Shown here: one piece after another, positions 34,401 through 52,222 of the stretch
Layout: the number at the start of each line of letters is the position of its first letter
Position numbering within the stretch: position 1 is the first letter of the stretch
DNA from: the human T2T-CHM13v2.0 reference genome, Homo sapiens
NCBI RefSeq assembly: GCF_009914755.1
Contig: NC_060945.1
Direction: 5' to 3' (one strand)
DNA length: 64,000 nt
Position numbers and translations under genes: made by a program
Notes under the pieces: model-generated
Databases searched by the model: none
What the model saw: the letters and a program-made list of their open reading frames with translations, nothing else
What the model was told of the DNA's origin: nothing

Positions 34401-37400
34401 ACTGATCACCCAGGTGATATGAGTCTTCTCAAGGATCTGCATACAGGGTTCTTTGTGACATATCCCTGCAATGATCACCCAGGTGATATAACAAACTTCA
34501 AGGCTCTGCCTACAGGGGCATTGCGACGTATCTCTACACTGATCACGTAGGTCATGAAACTCTTGTCTAGGTTCTGCCTACAGTGGCATTGTGACATATC
34601 TCTGCACTGATCACCCAGGTGATGTAACTCTTTTCTACGATCTGCCTACAGGTTGCTTTGTGACATATCGCTGTAATGATCACCAAGGTTATGTACCACT
34701 TGTCAAGGCTCTGCCTACAGGGACATTGCCATGTATCTCTGCACTGATCACCTAGGTCATGAAACTCTTGTCTAGGCTCTGCCTACAGTGGCATTGTGAC
34801 ATATCTCTGCACTGATCATCCTAGTGATGTAAATCTTGTCTAGGATCTGCCTAAAGGGTGCTTTGTGACATAATTCTACACTGATCATCCAGGTGATGGT
34901 ACCTTTGTCTAGGCTCTGCCTAAGGGGGCATTGTGACATATTTCTGCACTGATCACCCAGGTGACGGACTCTTGTCTTGGATCTGCCTATGGGGTCATTG
35001 TGACATATCTCTGCACTGATCTCCCAGGTGATGTAACTGTTGTAGAAGTTCTTCCTACAGGTGAATTGTGAGAGATCTCGCCACTGATCACCCAAGAGAT
35101 GTAACTACTGTCTAGGCTTTGCCTGCAGGGGTCTTTGTGACATACCTTTGCACTGATCAGCCAGGTGATGTAACTCATCTAAGTTCTGCCTACAGGAGCT
35201 TTGTGACATATCTCAGCACTGATCACATAGGTGATGTAACACTTTTATAAGCACTGTCTACAGGGAATTTTGACAAATCTCTGTACTGATCACCTAGGTG
35301 ATGTAACTCTTGTCTACCCTCTGCCCAAAGGGGGCATTGTGAAATATCTCTGCACTGATCAATCAGGTGATTCAACTCTTGTCTAGGTTCTGCCTACAGG
35401 GGGTATGTTGAAATATCTCTGCACTGGTCAACTAGGTGATGTAACTCTTGTCTAGGCTCTGCCTACAGGGGCGTTTTCACATATCCCTGAACTGAAGACA
35501 AAGGTGATGTAACTCTTGCCTAGGCTTTGCCTACAGGGGACATTGTGACATACCTCTGCACTGATCACCCAGGTGATGCATCTCTTCTCTGTGCTCTGCC
35601 TACAGGGGACATTGTGACATATCTCTTAACTGATCACCCAGGTGATGCAACTCTTCTCTATGCTCTGCATACAGAGGGCATTGTGACATATCTGTGCACT
35701 GATCACGTAGGTGATGTAACACTTTTCTAGTCTCTGCCTACAGAGGGCGTTGTGACATCACTCTGCACGGATCACCCGGGTTACGTAACTCTTGTCTAGG
35801 CTCTGCCTATGGGGGCATTGTGACTTATCTCTGCAGTGATCACCCAGGACATGTTACTCTTGTCTAAGCTCTGCCTAGAGGGACATTGGGACATGTCTCT
35901 GCACTGATCGCTGAGGTGATGTAAAACTTGTCTAGGCTTTGCCTAAAGTGGGATTTATGACATATCTCTGCACAGATCACCCAGGTGATGTAACTCTTTT
36001 CTGGGCTCTGCCTACAGGGGCATTTTCACATATCACTGGACTGATCACCGGGATGATGTAAATCTTGTATAGGCTTTGCTGACAGGGGGCATTGAGACAT
36101 ATCTCTGCACTGATCCCGAGGTGATCCAACTATTGCCTGGTCTCTCCCTACAGGGGACATTGTGACATATCTCTGCCCTGATCTCCCAGGTGATGTAACG
36201 CTTGTCTAAGCTCTGCCTACTGGAGACATTGTGACATATCTCCACAGTGATCACCCAGGTGATGTCACTTTTCTCAAGGATAAGGCTACAGGGACATTGT
36301 GACATGTCACTGCACTGATCACACAGCTGATGTAACTCTTGCCTAGGCTCTGGCTACAGGGTGCTTGTGACACATCTCTACACTGATCACCCAGGTGATG
36401 TAACCCTTGTCTAGGCTCTGCCAAAAGGGGCCATTGTGACATAACTCTGCACTGATCATCCAGGTGATGGGACCCTTGTCTAGGCTCTGCCTACAGAGGC
36501 ATTGTGGCTTATCTCTGCAGTGATCAGGCAGGTGATGTAACTCTTGTCTATATCTGCCTACTGGCGGCATTGTGGCATACTTCTGCACTGATCACCCAGG
36601 TGATGGACTCTTGTCTTCGATCTGCCTATGTGGGCATAGTGATATATCTCTGCACTGATCACTCAAGTGATGTAACGCTTGTCTAAACTGCGCCTAAAGG
36701 GGAATTGTGACAGATATCTCCACTGATCACCCAGGTGATGTAACTCTTGTCTAGGCTCTGCTTACAGGGGGTATTTTGATATATCTCTGCTTTGGTCCCC
36801 TAAGTGATGTAACAATTGTGTAGGCTCTGCCTACGGGGCATTTTGACTTATCTCTGCACTGTTAACCGAGGTGATGTAACTGTTGTCTAGGCTGTGCCCA
36901 CAGGGGTATTGGGACATATATCTGCACTGAATCCTAGGTAATCCAACTCTTGCCTGGTCTCTGCCTACTTGGGACATTGTGACATATCTCTGCACTGATC
37001 TCCCAGGTGCTGCAACTTTAGTCTAGGCTCTGGCTACACGGCATTGTGACATATCTCTGCACTTATCACCCAGGTGATATAACTCTTCTCTAGGCTCTGC
37101 CTACAGTGGCATTGTGACATATCTCTGCACTGATCACCCAGGTTTGTAACTCTTTTCTAGGATCTGACTACAGGGTGCTTTGTGACATATCCCTGCAATG
37201 ATCACCCAGGCAATGTACCACTTGTCAAGGCTCTGCCTACAGGGACATTGCGATGTATCACTGCACTGATCACCTAGGTCATGTAACTTTTGTCTAGGCT
37301 CTGCCTACAGTGGCATTGTGACATATCTCTGCACTGATCATCCCAGTGATGTAACTCTTGTCTAGGATCTGCCTAAAGGGACTTTGTGACATAACTCTAC

Positions 37401-39422
37401 ACTGATCATCAAGGTGATGGGGCTTTTGTCCAGGCTCTGCCTAAGGGGGCATTGTGACATATTTCTGCACTGATCACCCAGGAGATTTGACTCTTGTCTA
37501 AGCTCTGCCTAGAGGGACATTGGGACACATCTCTACACTGATCGCTGAGATGATGTAAAACTTTTCTAGGCTTTGCCTACAGTGGGATTTATGACATATG
37601 TCTGCACTCATTACCCAGGTGATGTAACTCTTGTCTAGGCTCTGCTTACAGGGGGTATTGTGAGATATCTCTGCACTGATCACCCAGATGATGTAACTCT
37701 TGTCTAGGCCCTGCCTACAGGAGCATTTTAACAAATCACTGCACTGATCACCGAGAAGATGTAACTCTTGTATAGGCTTCGCCGAAAGGTGGCATTGAGA
37801 CATATCTCTGCACTGATCACGAGGTGATGCAAGACTTGTCTGGATCTCGTTACACGGGACATTGTGACATGTCTCTGCCCTGATCACCCAGGTGATGTAA
37901 CTCTTGTCTAGGCTCGGCCTACAGGGGCTTTGTGACATATTTCTGCACTGATCACCCAGGTGATGTAACTCTTGTTTTGGCTCTGTCTACAGAGTCTTTG
38001 TGACATATCTCTGCACTGATCCCCCAGGTGATGTAACATTTATCTAGCCTCTGCCTACAGGGGCGTTTTGAGATAGCTCTGCACAGATCACCTAGGTTTT
38101 GTAACTCTTGTCCACTCTCTGCCTACAGGGGGCATTGTGAAATATTTCTGCACTGATCACCCAGGTGATGGGACTCTTCTCTATACTCTGCCTAGAGGGG
38201 GATTTCTGACATATCTCTGCTCTGATCTCCCAGGTGATGGAAGTCTTGTCTAGGCTCTGTATATGGGGGCATTATGTCAAATATCTGCACTGATCACCAG
38301 GTGATGTAACTCTTGTCTAGGCTCTGTCTACAGGGATTTTTGTGACATATCACTGCACTTTTCACCAAGGTGATGTAAGCCTTGTATGGGATTTGCGTAT
38401 AGAAAACTTTCTGACATATCTATGCACTGATCTCTGAGGTGATGCAACTCTTCTCTAGGCACGGCCTACAGGGGACGTTGGTGTATCTCTCTGCACTGAA
38501 CACCCAGGTGATGGGCTCTTGTCTTAGATCTGACTACATGGTCATTGTGACACACCTCTGAACTGATCAACCAAGTGATGAAACTCTTCTAGGCTCTGCC
38601 TACAGGAGCTTTGTGACACATCTCTGCACTGATCACACTGTTGAGGGAACTCTTGTCTACACTCTGCCTACAGGAGGCTTTATGACTTATACCTGCACTG
38701 ATAACCGAGGTGATGTAACACTTGTCTAGATTCTGCCTACATGGGAATTCTTACATATCTCCGCACTGATCACCCGGGTGATGGAACTCCTGTCTATGTT
38801 CAGCCTACAGGAGGGTTTTGACATATCTCTGCACTGATCACCCAGGTGATGTAACCCTTGTATAAGCTCTGCCTGCAGGCGCATTGTGACAGACCTCTCC
38901 ACTGCTCAACCAGGTGATATAACACGTTTCTGGGCTTTGCCTACAGGGGGCTTTGTGATATACATTTCCACTGATCAAACAGGTGATGTAAAGCTTGTCA
39001 AGGTTCTGCTTACAGGGGTTTTGTGACATATCTCTGCACTGATCACCACAGGGAGGAAACACTTCTCTACACTCTGCCTACAGGAGGCTTTACGACTTAC
39101 CCCTCCACTGATCACTAGGTGATGTAACACTTGTCTAGGCTCTGTCTTTACCGGAATTTTCACATATCTCTACACTGATCACCTAAGTGATGTAACCCTT
39201 GTCTAGGTTCAGCCTACTGGAGATTTCTGACATACCTATGCACTGATCACCGAGGTGATGTAAATCATTTCCATGCTTTTTGTACAGGGGACATTGTGAA
39301 ATATCTCTGCACTGATCACCCAAATGATGCAAATCTTCTCTAGACTCCACAGGGAGGGGGAATTGTGACATATTTCTGAAATGATCATCCAGGAGATGTA
39401 AGTATTCTCCAGGCTTTGACTA
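31458..39422 (-). repeat. Beta satellite array
   Basis: Continuous diverged 68-bp monomers. Confidence 0.97.
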
Positions 39423-42141
<2,719 letters not shown>

Positions 42142-45100
42142 TGACACATCTCTGAACTGATCAACAAAGTGATGGAACACTTGTCTAGGCTCTGCCTACA
42201 GGGGCTTTGTGACATATCTCTGCACTGATCACCCAGGTGATGGGACTTTTGTCTAAGCTCTGCCTATGGGACATTGCGACATATCTCTACACTGATCACC
42301 CAGGTGATGTAACTCTTGTCTAGGCTCCACCTTCAGGGGTTTTGTGACGTATCTTTGCACTGATCACCCAGGTGACGTAACATTTATCTCAGCTCCGCCT
42401 ACAGGGGGTTTTGACATAGCTCTGCACAGATCACCTAGTTTATGTAACCCTTGTCCAGTCTCTTCCTACAGGGGGCATTGTGAAATATCTCTGCACTGAT
42501 CACCCAGGTGATGGGACTCTTCTATATACTCTGCCTAGAAGGGGATTTGTGACATATCTCTGCACTGGTTACCCAGGTGATGGAAGTCTTGTCTAGGCTC
42601 TGTCTTTGGGGGCATTGTGTCAAATTTCTGAACTGATCACCCAGGTGATGGAATCTTGTCTTTGATCTGACTACATGGAGATGGTGACACTTCTCTGAAC
42701 TGATCAACCAAGTGACGAAACTCTTGTCTAGGCTCTGCCTATAGGGGCTCTGTGACACATCTCTGCACTGATCACCCAGGTGATGCAACTCTTCTCTATG
42801 TTCTGCCTACAGGGGTCATTGTGATATATCCCTACACTGATTACCCAGGTGATGTAACTCTTTTCTAGGTTCTGCCTACAGAGGGCTTTGTGACAACCCT
42901 CTGCACGGATCACCTGGGTTATGTAACTCTTGTCTAGGCTCTTCCTATGGGGGCAGTGTGACTTATCTCTGCACTGATTACCCAGGAGATGTGACTCTTG
43001 TCTAAGCTCTGCCTAGAGGCACATTGGGACATATCTCTGCACTGATCGCTGAGGTGATGTAAAAATTGTCTAGGCTTTGCCTATAGTGGGATTTATGACA
43101 TATCTCTGCACTGATCACCCAGGTGATGTAACTCTTGTCAAGGCTCTGCTTACAGGGGATATTGTGAGATATCTCTGCAATGATCACCCAGGTGAAGTAA
43201 CTCTTGTCTAGGCTCTGCTTACAGGGGATATTGTGAGATGTCACAGCACTGGTCACCCAGGTGATGTAACTCTTGTCTAGGCTCTGCCTACAGGGGCGTT
43301 TTAACATATCACTGCACTGATCATGGAGATGATGTAACTCTTGTATAGGCTTTGCCGACTGGGGGCAATGAGACATATCTCGGCACTGATCACCGAGGTG
43401 ATGCAACTCTTGTCTGGGATCTGCTTACAGGGGGCATTGTGACATATATCTGCCCTGATCACCCAGGTGATGTAACCCTTCTCTATGCTCTTCCTACTAG
43501 AGACACTGTGACATATCTCCGCACTGATCACCCAGGTGATGTAACTTTTGTCAAGGATATGGCTACAGGGACATTGTGACATGTCACTGCACTGATCACA
43601 CAGCTGATGTAACTCTTCTCCAGGCTCTGGCTACAGGGGGCTTGTGACACACCTCTGCAATGATCACCCAGGTGATGTCACCCTTGTCTAGGCTCTGCCA
43701 AAAGGGGGCATTATGACATAATTCTGCACTGATCACCCAGGTGATGGGACTCGTCTCTAGGCTCTGCCTACAGGGGCATTGTGACATATCTCTGCAGTGA
43801 TCACGCAGGTGATGTAACTCTTGTCTATATCTGCCTACTGGCGGCATTGTGGCATATTTCTGCACTGATCAACCAGGTGATGGACTCTTGTCTTGGATGT
43901 GCTTATGGGGGCATAGTGACATATCTCTGCACTGATCACTCATGTGATGTAACGCTTGTCTAAGCTGTGCCTAAAGGGGAATTCTGACAGATATCTCCAC
44001 TGATGACCCAGGTGATGTATCAATTTTCTGGGATCTGTCTAGAGGGGACTTTGTGACATATCTTTGCACTGGTCACCCAGGAGATGTAACTCTTGTCTAG
44101 GCTCGGCCTACAGGGGCTTTGTGACATATTTCTGTACTGATCACCCAGGTGATGTAACACTTGTCTTGGCTCCACTTACTGGGGGTATTGTGATATAACC
44201 CTTCTCTAGGATCTGCCTGCAGAGTTCTTTGTGACATATCCCTGCAATGATCACCCAGGTGATATACCACTTGTCATGGCTCTGCCTACAGGGGCATTGC
44301 GATATATCTCTGCCCTGATCACCTAGGTCATGTAACTCTTGTCTACGCTCTGCCTACAGTGGCATTGTGACATATCTCTACACTGATCATCCAGGTGATG
44401 TAACTCTTCTCTAGGATCTGCCTACAGGGTGCTTTGTGACACATCCCTGCAATGATCACCCAGGGGATGTACCACTCGTCAAGGCTCTGCCTACAGCGAC
44501 ATTGGGATGTGTCTCTGCACTGATCACCTAGGTCATGTAAATCTTGTCTAGGCTCTTCCTACTGTGGCATTGTGACATATCTCTGCAATGATCATCCAAG
44601 TGATGTAACTGTTGTCTAGTTTCTGCCTAAAGGGTCTTTGTGACATATCTCTGCACTGATCGTCCAGGTGATGGGGCTTTTGTCTAGGCTCTGCCTAAGG
44701 GGGCATTATGACATATTTCTGCACTGATAACCAGGTGACGGACTCTTGTCTTGGATCTGCCGATGGGGGCATTGTGACATATCTCTGCACTGATCACCCA
44801 GGTAATGTAACTGTTGTAGAAGTTCTGCCTACAGTGGAATTGTGAGAGATCTCGCCACTGATCACCCAAGTGATGTAACTATTGTCTAGGCTTTGCCTAC
44901 AGGGGGCTTTGTGACATACTTTTGCACTGATCACCCAGGTGACGTAACTCATCTAAGTTCTGCCTACAGGAGCTTTGTGACATATCTCTGCACTGATCGC
45001 TTAGGTGATGTAACACTTTTATAAGCATTGCCAACAGGGAATTTTGACAAATGTCTGCACTGATCACCTAGGTGATGTAACTCTTGTCTACCCTCTGCCC

Positions 45101-48100
45101 AAAGGGAGCATTGTGAAATATCTCTGCACTGATCACCCAGGAGATTCAACCCTTGTCTAGGATCTGCCTACAGGGGGTATTGTGAAATATCTCTGCACTG
45201 ATCAACTAGGTGATGTAACTCTTGTCGACTCTCTGCTTACAGGGGCGTTTTCACATATCCCTGAACTGATGACAAAGGTGATGTAAGTTTTGCCTAGGCT
45301 TTGCCTACAGGGAACATAGTGACATATCTCTGCACTTATCACCCAGGTGATGCAACTCTTCTCTATGCTCTGCCTACAGGAGATATTGTGACATGTCTCT
45401 CCACTGATCACCCAGGTGATGCAACTCTTCTCTATACTCTGCCTACTGGAGACATTGTGACATATCTCTGCACTGATCACTCAGGTGATGTAACAATTTT
45501 CTAGTCTCTGCCTACAGAGGGCGTTGGGACATTATTCTGCACGGACCATCCGGATTATATAACTCTTGTTTAGGCTCTGCCAATGGGGGCATTGTGACTT
45601 ATCTCTGCCCTGATCACACAGGAGATGTGACTGTTTTCTAAGCTTTGCCTAGAGGAACATTGGGACATATCCCTGCACTGATCGCTGAGGTGATGTAAAA
45701 GTTGTCTAGGCTTTGCCTACAGTGGGATTTATGACATATCTCTGCACTGATCACCCAGGTGATGTAACTCTTGTATAGGCTCTGCTTACAGGGGGTATTG
45801 TGAGATATCTCTGCACTGATCACCCAGGTGATGTAACTCTTGTCTAGGCTCTGCCTACAGGGGCATTGTGACATATCTCTGCAGTGATCACGCCCGTGAT
45901 GTAACTCTTGTCTATATCTGCCTACTGGCGGCATTGTGGCATATTTCTGCACTGATCACCCAGGTGATGGACTCTTGTCTTGGATCTGACTATGGGGGTA
46001 TAGTGAAATATCTCTGCACTGATTACTCATGTGATGTAACGCTTGTCTAAGCTGCGCCTAAAGGGGTTAATTGTGACAGATATCGCCACTGATCACCCAG
46101 GTGATGTAAGAATTTTCTGGGATGTGTCTATATTGGGCTTTGTGACATATCTTTGCACTGATCACCCAGGAGATGTAACTCTTTTCTAGGCTCCGCCTAC
46201 AGGGGCTTTGTGACATATTTCTGCACTGATCACCCAGGTGATGTAGCTTGTTTAGGCTCTGCCTACAGGGGCTTTGTGACATATCACTGCACTGATCACC
46301 CAGGTGATATAACTCTTGTCTAGGCTCCACCTACAGGGCGTATTGTGATGTATCTCTGCGCTGATCACCCAGGTGATGTAACATTTATCTAGGCCCTGCC
46401 TACAGGGGCATTTTGACATAGCTCTGCACAGATCAACTAGGTTATGTAACTCTTGTCCACTCTCTGCCTACAGGGGGCATTGTGAATTATCTCTGCACTG
46501 ATCATCCAGGTGATGGGACTCTTCTCTATACTCTGCCTAGAGGGGGAGTTGTGACATATCTCTGCACTGATCACCCAGGAGATGGAAGTCTTGTCTAGGC
46601 TCTGTCTATTGGGTCATTGTATCAAATATCTACACTGATCACCCAGGTGATGTAACTCTTGTGTTGGATCTGCCTATGGGGGCATTGTGACATATTTCTG
46701 CACTGATCAGCCAGGTGATGGGGCCCTTGTCTAGGCTCTGTTTACGGGGGCTTTGTGACATATCTCTGCACTGATCACCCAGGTGATGTAACGATTGACT
46801 AGGCTCTACCTATGGTGCATAGTGACATATCATTGTATTGATCGCCGAGGTGATGTAACTCTTATCCAGGCTCTGCCTATATGGGGCCTTGTGACATATA
46901 TCTGCACTGATCTTCTAGGTGATGTAACTCTTGCTTATTCTCTGCCTGCAGGGGCATTGTGGAATATCTCTGCACTGATCACCCAGGTGATGGGACTCTT
47001 CTCTATACTCTGCCTAGAGGGGGATTTGTGACATATCTCTGTACTGATCAACCAGGTGATTGAAGTCTTGTCTAGGCTCTGTGTATGTGGGCATTGGGTC
47101 ATATATCTGCACTGATCACCCAGGTGATGTAACTCTTTTCTACGCTCTGTCTAGAGTGATTTTTGTGACATATCACTGCACTCATCACCTAGGTGATGTA
47201 AGCCTCGTATGGGCTTTGCCTACAGAAGGCTTTGTGACATATCTATGCACTGATCTCTGAGGTGATGCAACTCATGTCTAGGCACTGCCTACAGGGGACA
47301 TTGGTACATATCTCTGCACTGATCACCCAGGTGATGGACTCTTGTCTTAGATCTGCCTACAAGGACATGGTGACACGTCTGTGAACTGATCAACCAAGTG
47401 ATGAAACTCTTGTCTAGGCTCTGCCTACGGTGGCTTTGTGACACATCTCTGCACTGATCACCCTGGAGAGGAAACTCTTGTCTACACTCTGCCTACAGGA
47501 GGTTTTATGACTTATACCTGCACTGATAACCTAGGGGATGTAACACTTGTCTAGGCTCTGTCTACACGGGAATTCTCACATATCTCTGCACTGATCACCC
47601 AGGTGATGTAACTCTGGTCTAGGTTCTGCTTACAGGGGATATTGTCACATATCTCTGCACTGATCACCTTAGTGATGTAACTCTTGTGTAGGCTCTGCCT
47701 ACAGGGGAATTTTGACATATCCCTGCACTGTTTAACCGAGGTGATGTAACTCTTGTCTAGGCTGTGCCCACAGGGGCATTGAGACAAATCTCTGAATTGA
47801 TCCCTAGGTGATCCAACTCTTGCCTGGTCTCTGCCTACTGGGGACAATGTGACATATCTCTGCACTGATCTACCAGGTGCTGTAACTTTAGTATAGGCTA
47901 CAGCTACATAGCATTGAGTCATAACACTGCACTGATCACCCAGGTGATGTAACTCATGTCTAGGCTCTGCCTACAGGTGGCTTGTGACATATCTCTGCAC
48001 TAATCACCCAGGTGATATAACTCTTCTCTAGGATCTGCCTACAGGGTGCTTTGTGACATATCCCTGCAATGATCATTCAGGTGATATACCACTTCTCAAG

Positions 48101-51100
48101 GCTCTGCCTACAGGGGCATTGCGATGTATCTCTGCCCTGATCGCCTAGGTCATGTAACTGTTGTCTATGATCTGCCTACAGTGGCATTGTGACATATCTC
48201 TGCACAGATCACCCAGGTGTTGTAAATCTTTTCTAGGATCTCCTACAGGGTGCTTTGTGACACATCGCTGCAATGATCACCCAGGTGATTTACCTCTTGT
48301 CAAGTCTCTGCCTACAGGGACATTGCGATGTATTTCTGCACTGATCACCTAGGTCATGTAACTCTTGTCTAGGCTCTGCCTACAGTGGCATTGTGACATA
48401 TCTCTTCACTGATCACCCAGGAGATGTGACTCTTGTCTAAGCTCTGCCTAGAGGGACATTGGGACATATCTCTGCACTGATCGCTGAGGTGGTGTAAAAG
48501 TTGTTTAGGCTTTGCCTACAGTGGGATTTATGACATATCTCTGCACTGATCACCCAGGTGATGTAACTCTTATCTAGGCTCTGCTTACAGGGGGCATCGT
48601 GAGATATCTCTGCACTGATCACGCAGGTACTGTAACTCTTGTCTAGGCTCTGCTACAGGGGCATTTTAATATATCACTGCACTGATCACTGAGATGATGC
48701 AACTACTCTCTGAGATCTGCTTACAGGGCGCATTGTGACATATCTCTGCACTGATCACCCAGGTGATATAACTGTTGTATAAGCTCTGCCTATAGGGGAA
48801 TTGTGAGAGATATCGCCACTGATCACTCAATTGATGTAACTATTGTCTTGGCTTTGCCTAAAGGGGGCTTTGTGACATACCTTTGTACTGATCACCCAGG
48901 TGATGTAAGTCATCTAATTTCTGCCTACAGGAGCTTTGTGACATATCTCAGCACAGATCTCTTAGGTGATGTAACACTTTTTAAGCACTTCCTACAGGGA
49001 ATTATTACAAATCTCTGCACTGATCACCTAGGTGATGTAACTATTTTCTAGGATCTGCCTACAGGGTGCTTTGTGACATAACCCTGCACTGATCACCCAG
49101 GTGATATACCTTTTGTCAAGGCTCTGCCTACAGGGACATTGCGATGTATCTCTGCATTGATCACCTAGGTCATGTAACTCTTGTCTAGGCTCTGCCTACA
49201 GTGGCATTGTGACATAACTCTGCACTGCTCGTCCAGGTGATGGGGCTTTTGTCTAGGCTCTTCCTAAGGGGGCATTGTGACATGTTTCTGCACTGATCAC
49301 CCAGGTGACGGACTCTTGTCTTGGATCTGCCAATGGGGGCATTGTGATATAACTCTGCACTGTTCACCCAGGTGATGTAACGGATTTATAAGCTCTGCCT
49401 ACAGGGGAATTGGGAGAGATCTCGCCACTGATAACCCAAATGATGTATCTATTGTCTAGCCTTTGCCTACAGGGGGCTTTGTGACATACCTTTGCACTGA
49501 TCACCCAGGTGATGTAACTCTTGTCTAGGCTCTGCCTATAGAGGGCTTGTGACATATCTCCCCAGTGATCACGCAGGTGATGTAACTCTTGTCTATATCT
49601 GCCTACTGTCGGCATTGTAGCATATTTCTGCAATGATCACCGAGGTGATGGACTCTTGTATTGGATCTGCCTATGGGGGTATAGTGACATATCTCAGCAC
49701 TGATCACTCATGTGATGTAACGTTTGTTTAAGCTGCTACTGAAGAGGAATTGTGACAGATAACTCCACTGATCACCCAGGTGAAGTAACAATTTTCTGGG
49801 ATTTGTTTAGAGGGGGCTTTGTGACATATATTTGCACTGATCACACAGGAGACGTAACTCTTGTCTAGGCTCGGCCTACAGGTGCTTTGTGACATATTTC
49901 TGCACTGATCACCCAGGTGATGTAACACTTGTTTAGGCTCTGCCTACAGGGACTTTGTGACGTATCTCTGCACTGATCACCCAGGTGATGTAACTCTTGT
50001 CTAGGCTCCACTTACAGGGGCTATTGTGACGTATATCTGCACTGATCACCCAGTTGATGTAACGTTTATCTAGGCTCTGCCAACAGGGGAGTTTTGACAT
50101 AGCTCTGCACAGATCACCTAGGTTATGTAACTCTTGTCCACTCTCTGCCTACAGGGGGCATTGTGAAATATATCTGCACTGATCACCTAGGTGATGGGAC
50201 TCTTCTTTATACTCTGCCTAGAGGGGGATTTGTGACATATCTCTGCAATGATCACCCGGGTGATGGGACTCTTCTGTATACTCTGCCTGGAGGGGGATTT
50301 GTGACATATCTCTGCACTGATGACCCAGGTGATGGAAGACTTGTCTAGGCTCTGTCTATGGGGGCATTGTGTCAAATATCTGCACTGATCACCCAGGTGA
50401 TGTAACTCTTGTCTAGGCTCTTTCTACAGGGATTTTTGTGACATATCACTGCACTGGTCACCTAGGTGATGTAAGCCTTGTATGGGCTTTGCGTACAGAA
50501 GGCTTTGTGATATATCTATGCACTGATCTCTGAGATGATGCAACTCTTGTCTAGGCACTGCCAACAGGGGACATTGGTACATATCTCTGCACTGATCACC
50601 CAGGTGATGGACTCTTGTCTTAGATCTGCCTACATGGATATTGTGACACACCTCTGAACTGATTAACCAAGTGATGAACCTCTTGTCTATGCTCTGCCTA
50701 CAGGGGCTTTGTGATACATCTCTGCACTGATTACTCTGGGGAGGAAACTCTTGTCTACGCTCTGCCTACAGGAGTCTTTATGACTTATACCTGCACTGAT
50801 AACCTATGTGATGTAACATTTGTCTAGGTTCTGCCTACACGGGAATTCTCAAAAATGTCTGCACTGGTCACCCAGGTGATGTAACTCCTGTCTAGGTTCA
50901 GCCTACAGAAGCGTTTTGACATATCTCTGCACTGATCACCCAGGTGATGTAACACTTGTCTAAGCTCTGCCTACAGGGGCATTGTGACAGATCTCTCCAC
51001 TGCTCACCCAGGTGATATAATATTTGTCTGGGTTTTGCCTACAGGGGGCTTTGGGATATACATTTCCACTGATCAAACAGGTGATGTAACCCTTGTCAAG

Positions 51101-51520
51101 GTTCTGCTTACAGGGGCTTTGAGACATATCTCTGCACTGATCACCCCTGAGAGGAAACACTTGTCTACACTCTGCCTACAGAAGGTTTTATGACTTATCC
51201 CTGCACTGATCACTATGTGATGTAACACTTGTCTAGGCTCTGTCAACACGGGAATTTTCACATATCTCTACACTGATCACCTAAGTGATGTAACCCTTGT
51301 CTAGGTTCAGCCTACTGGGGATTTCTGACATACTTATGCACTGGTCACTGAGGTGATGTAAATCATTTCCAGGCTTTTTGTACAGGGGACATTGTGACAT
51401 ATCTCTGCACTGATCACACAAATGATGCAAATCTTCTCTTGGCTCTGCAGGGATGGGGTATTGTGACATATTTCTGAACAGATCATCCAGGAGATGTAAC
51501 TATTCTCCAGGCTTTGACTA
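42142..51520 (-). repeat. Beta satellite array
   Basis: Continuous diverged 68-bp monomers. Confidence 0.97.
48665..48670 (-). terminator. Candidate polyadenylation hexamer ATTAAA in a satellite monomer
   Basis: Minus strand reads GATATATTAAAATGCCCC (48658-48675), matching the recalled 4qA pLAM poly(A)-signal context; use not demonstrated. Confidence 0.35.
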
Positions 51521-52222
51521 AAGAGCGTCGGAAGGTGTTGGGAGAGCCTCAGCTGGAAATTCACAGAGGGACAAGGGCACAGAGAGGCCAGCGGGCTCCC
51601 TTGCACGTCAGCCGGGGTGCGCAATGAGCGCAGGTCTAGCCAGGAGGATGGCAAGGAGAGCTAGAGGTCTGCGTTCCGCTGGCAGGCGCTCCATGGTGGC
51701 AACTGGGAGGCTGCCGGGGCATGGGCGGGTTGGCGACGGTGGCGCGGAGGCGCAGAAGAGGCGACCCACCAGAGGGCTGTCAGGCCTGGATGCTGCGCGG
51801 GCCCGGAGTTTCACGGGACAGGGGTCTCCTCCCAGCCAAGGGGAGGACACATTTTCCGGGGGTGGGGTTTGGGGTGGGGGTGTGGTCAAGCGGGGGTGGG
51901 GTGGTGGAAAGACATGAGAGCTCTGCACGGGCTGCTCCCACAGCCCAGGTGGCTGCCCGCAAACCCGCACCTGTGCAGTAGGCGGCCCACATGCTGGTAC
52001 CTGGTCAGGCTCTGGAATCCCCAGGATGCCCAGGAAAGAATGGCAGTTCTCTGCTGTGTGGAGCCTCTCACCGGGCCTAGACATAGAAGGCAGGAATCCT
52101 AGGTCAGTCAGCCCGGTGGAGGGGGCGGGGAGAGGGCACGCCCCTCCATAGCCATCCAGGTGTTCCCGGCGAAATAGAGGCCACCGCCCTGCCCCGACCC
52201 GATACCTTCCCAACCCTGCGTC

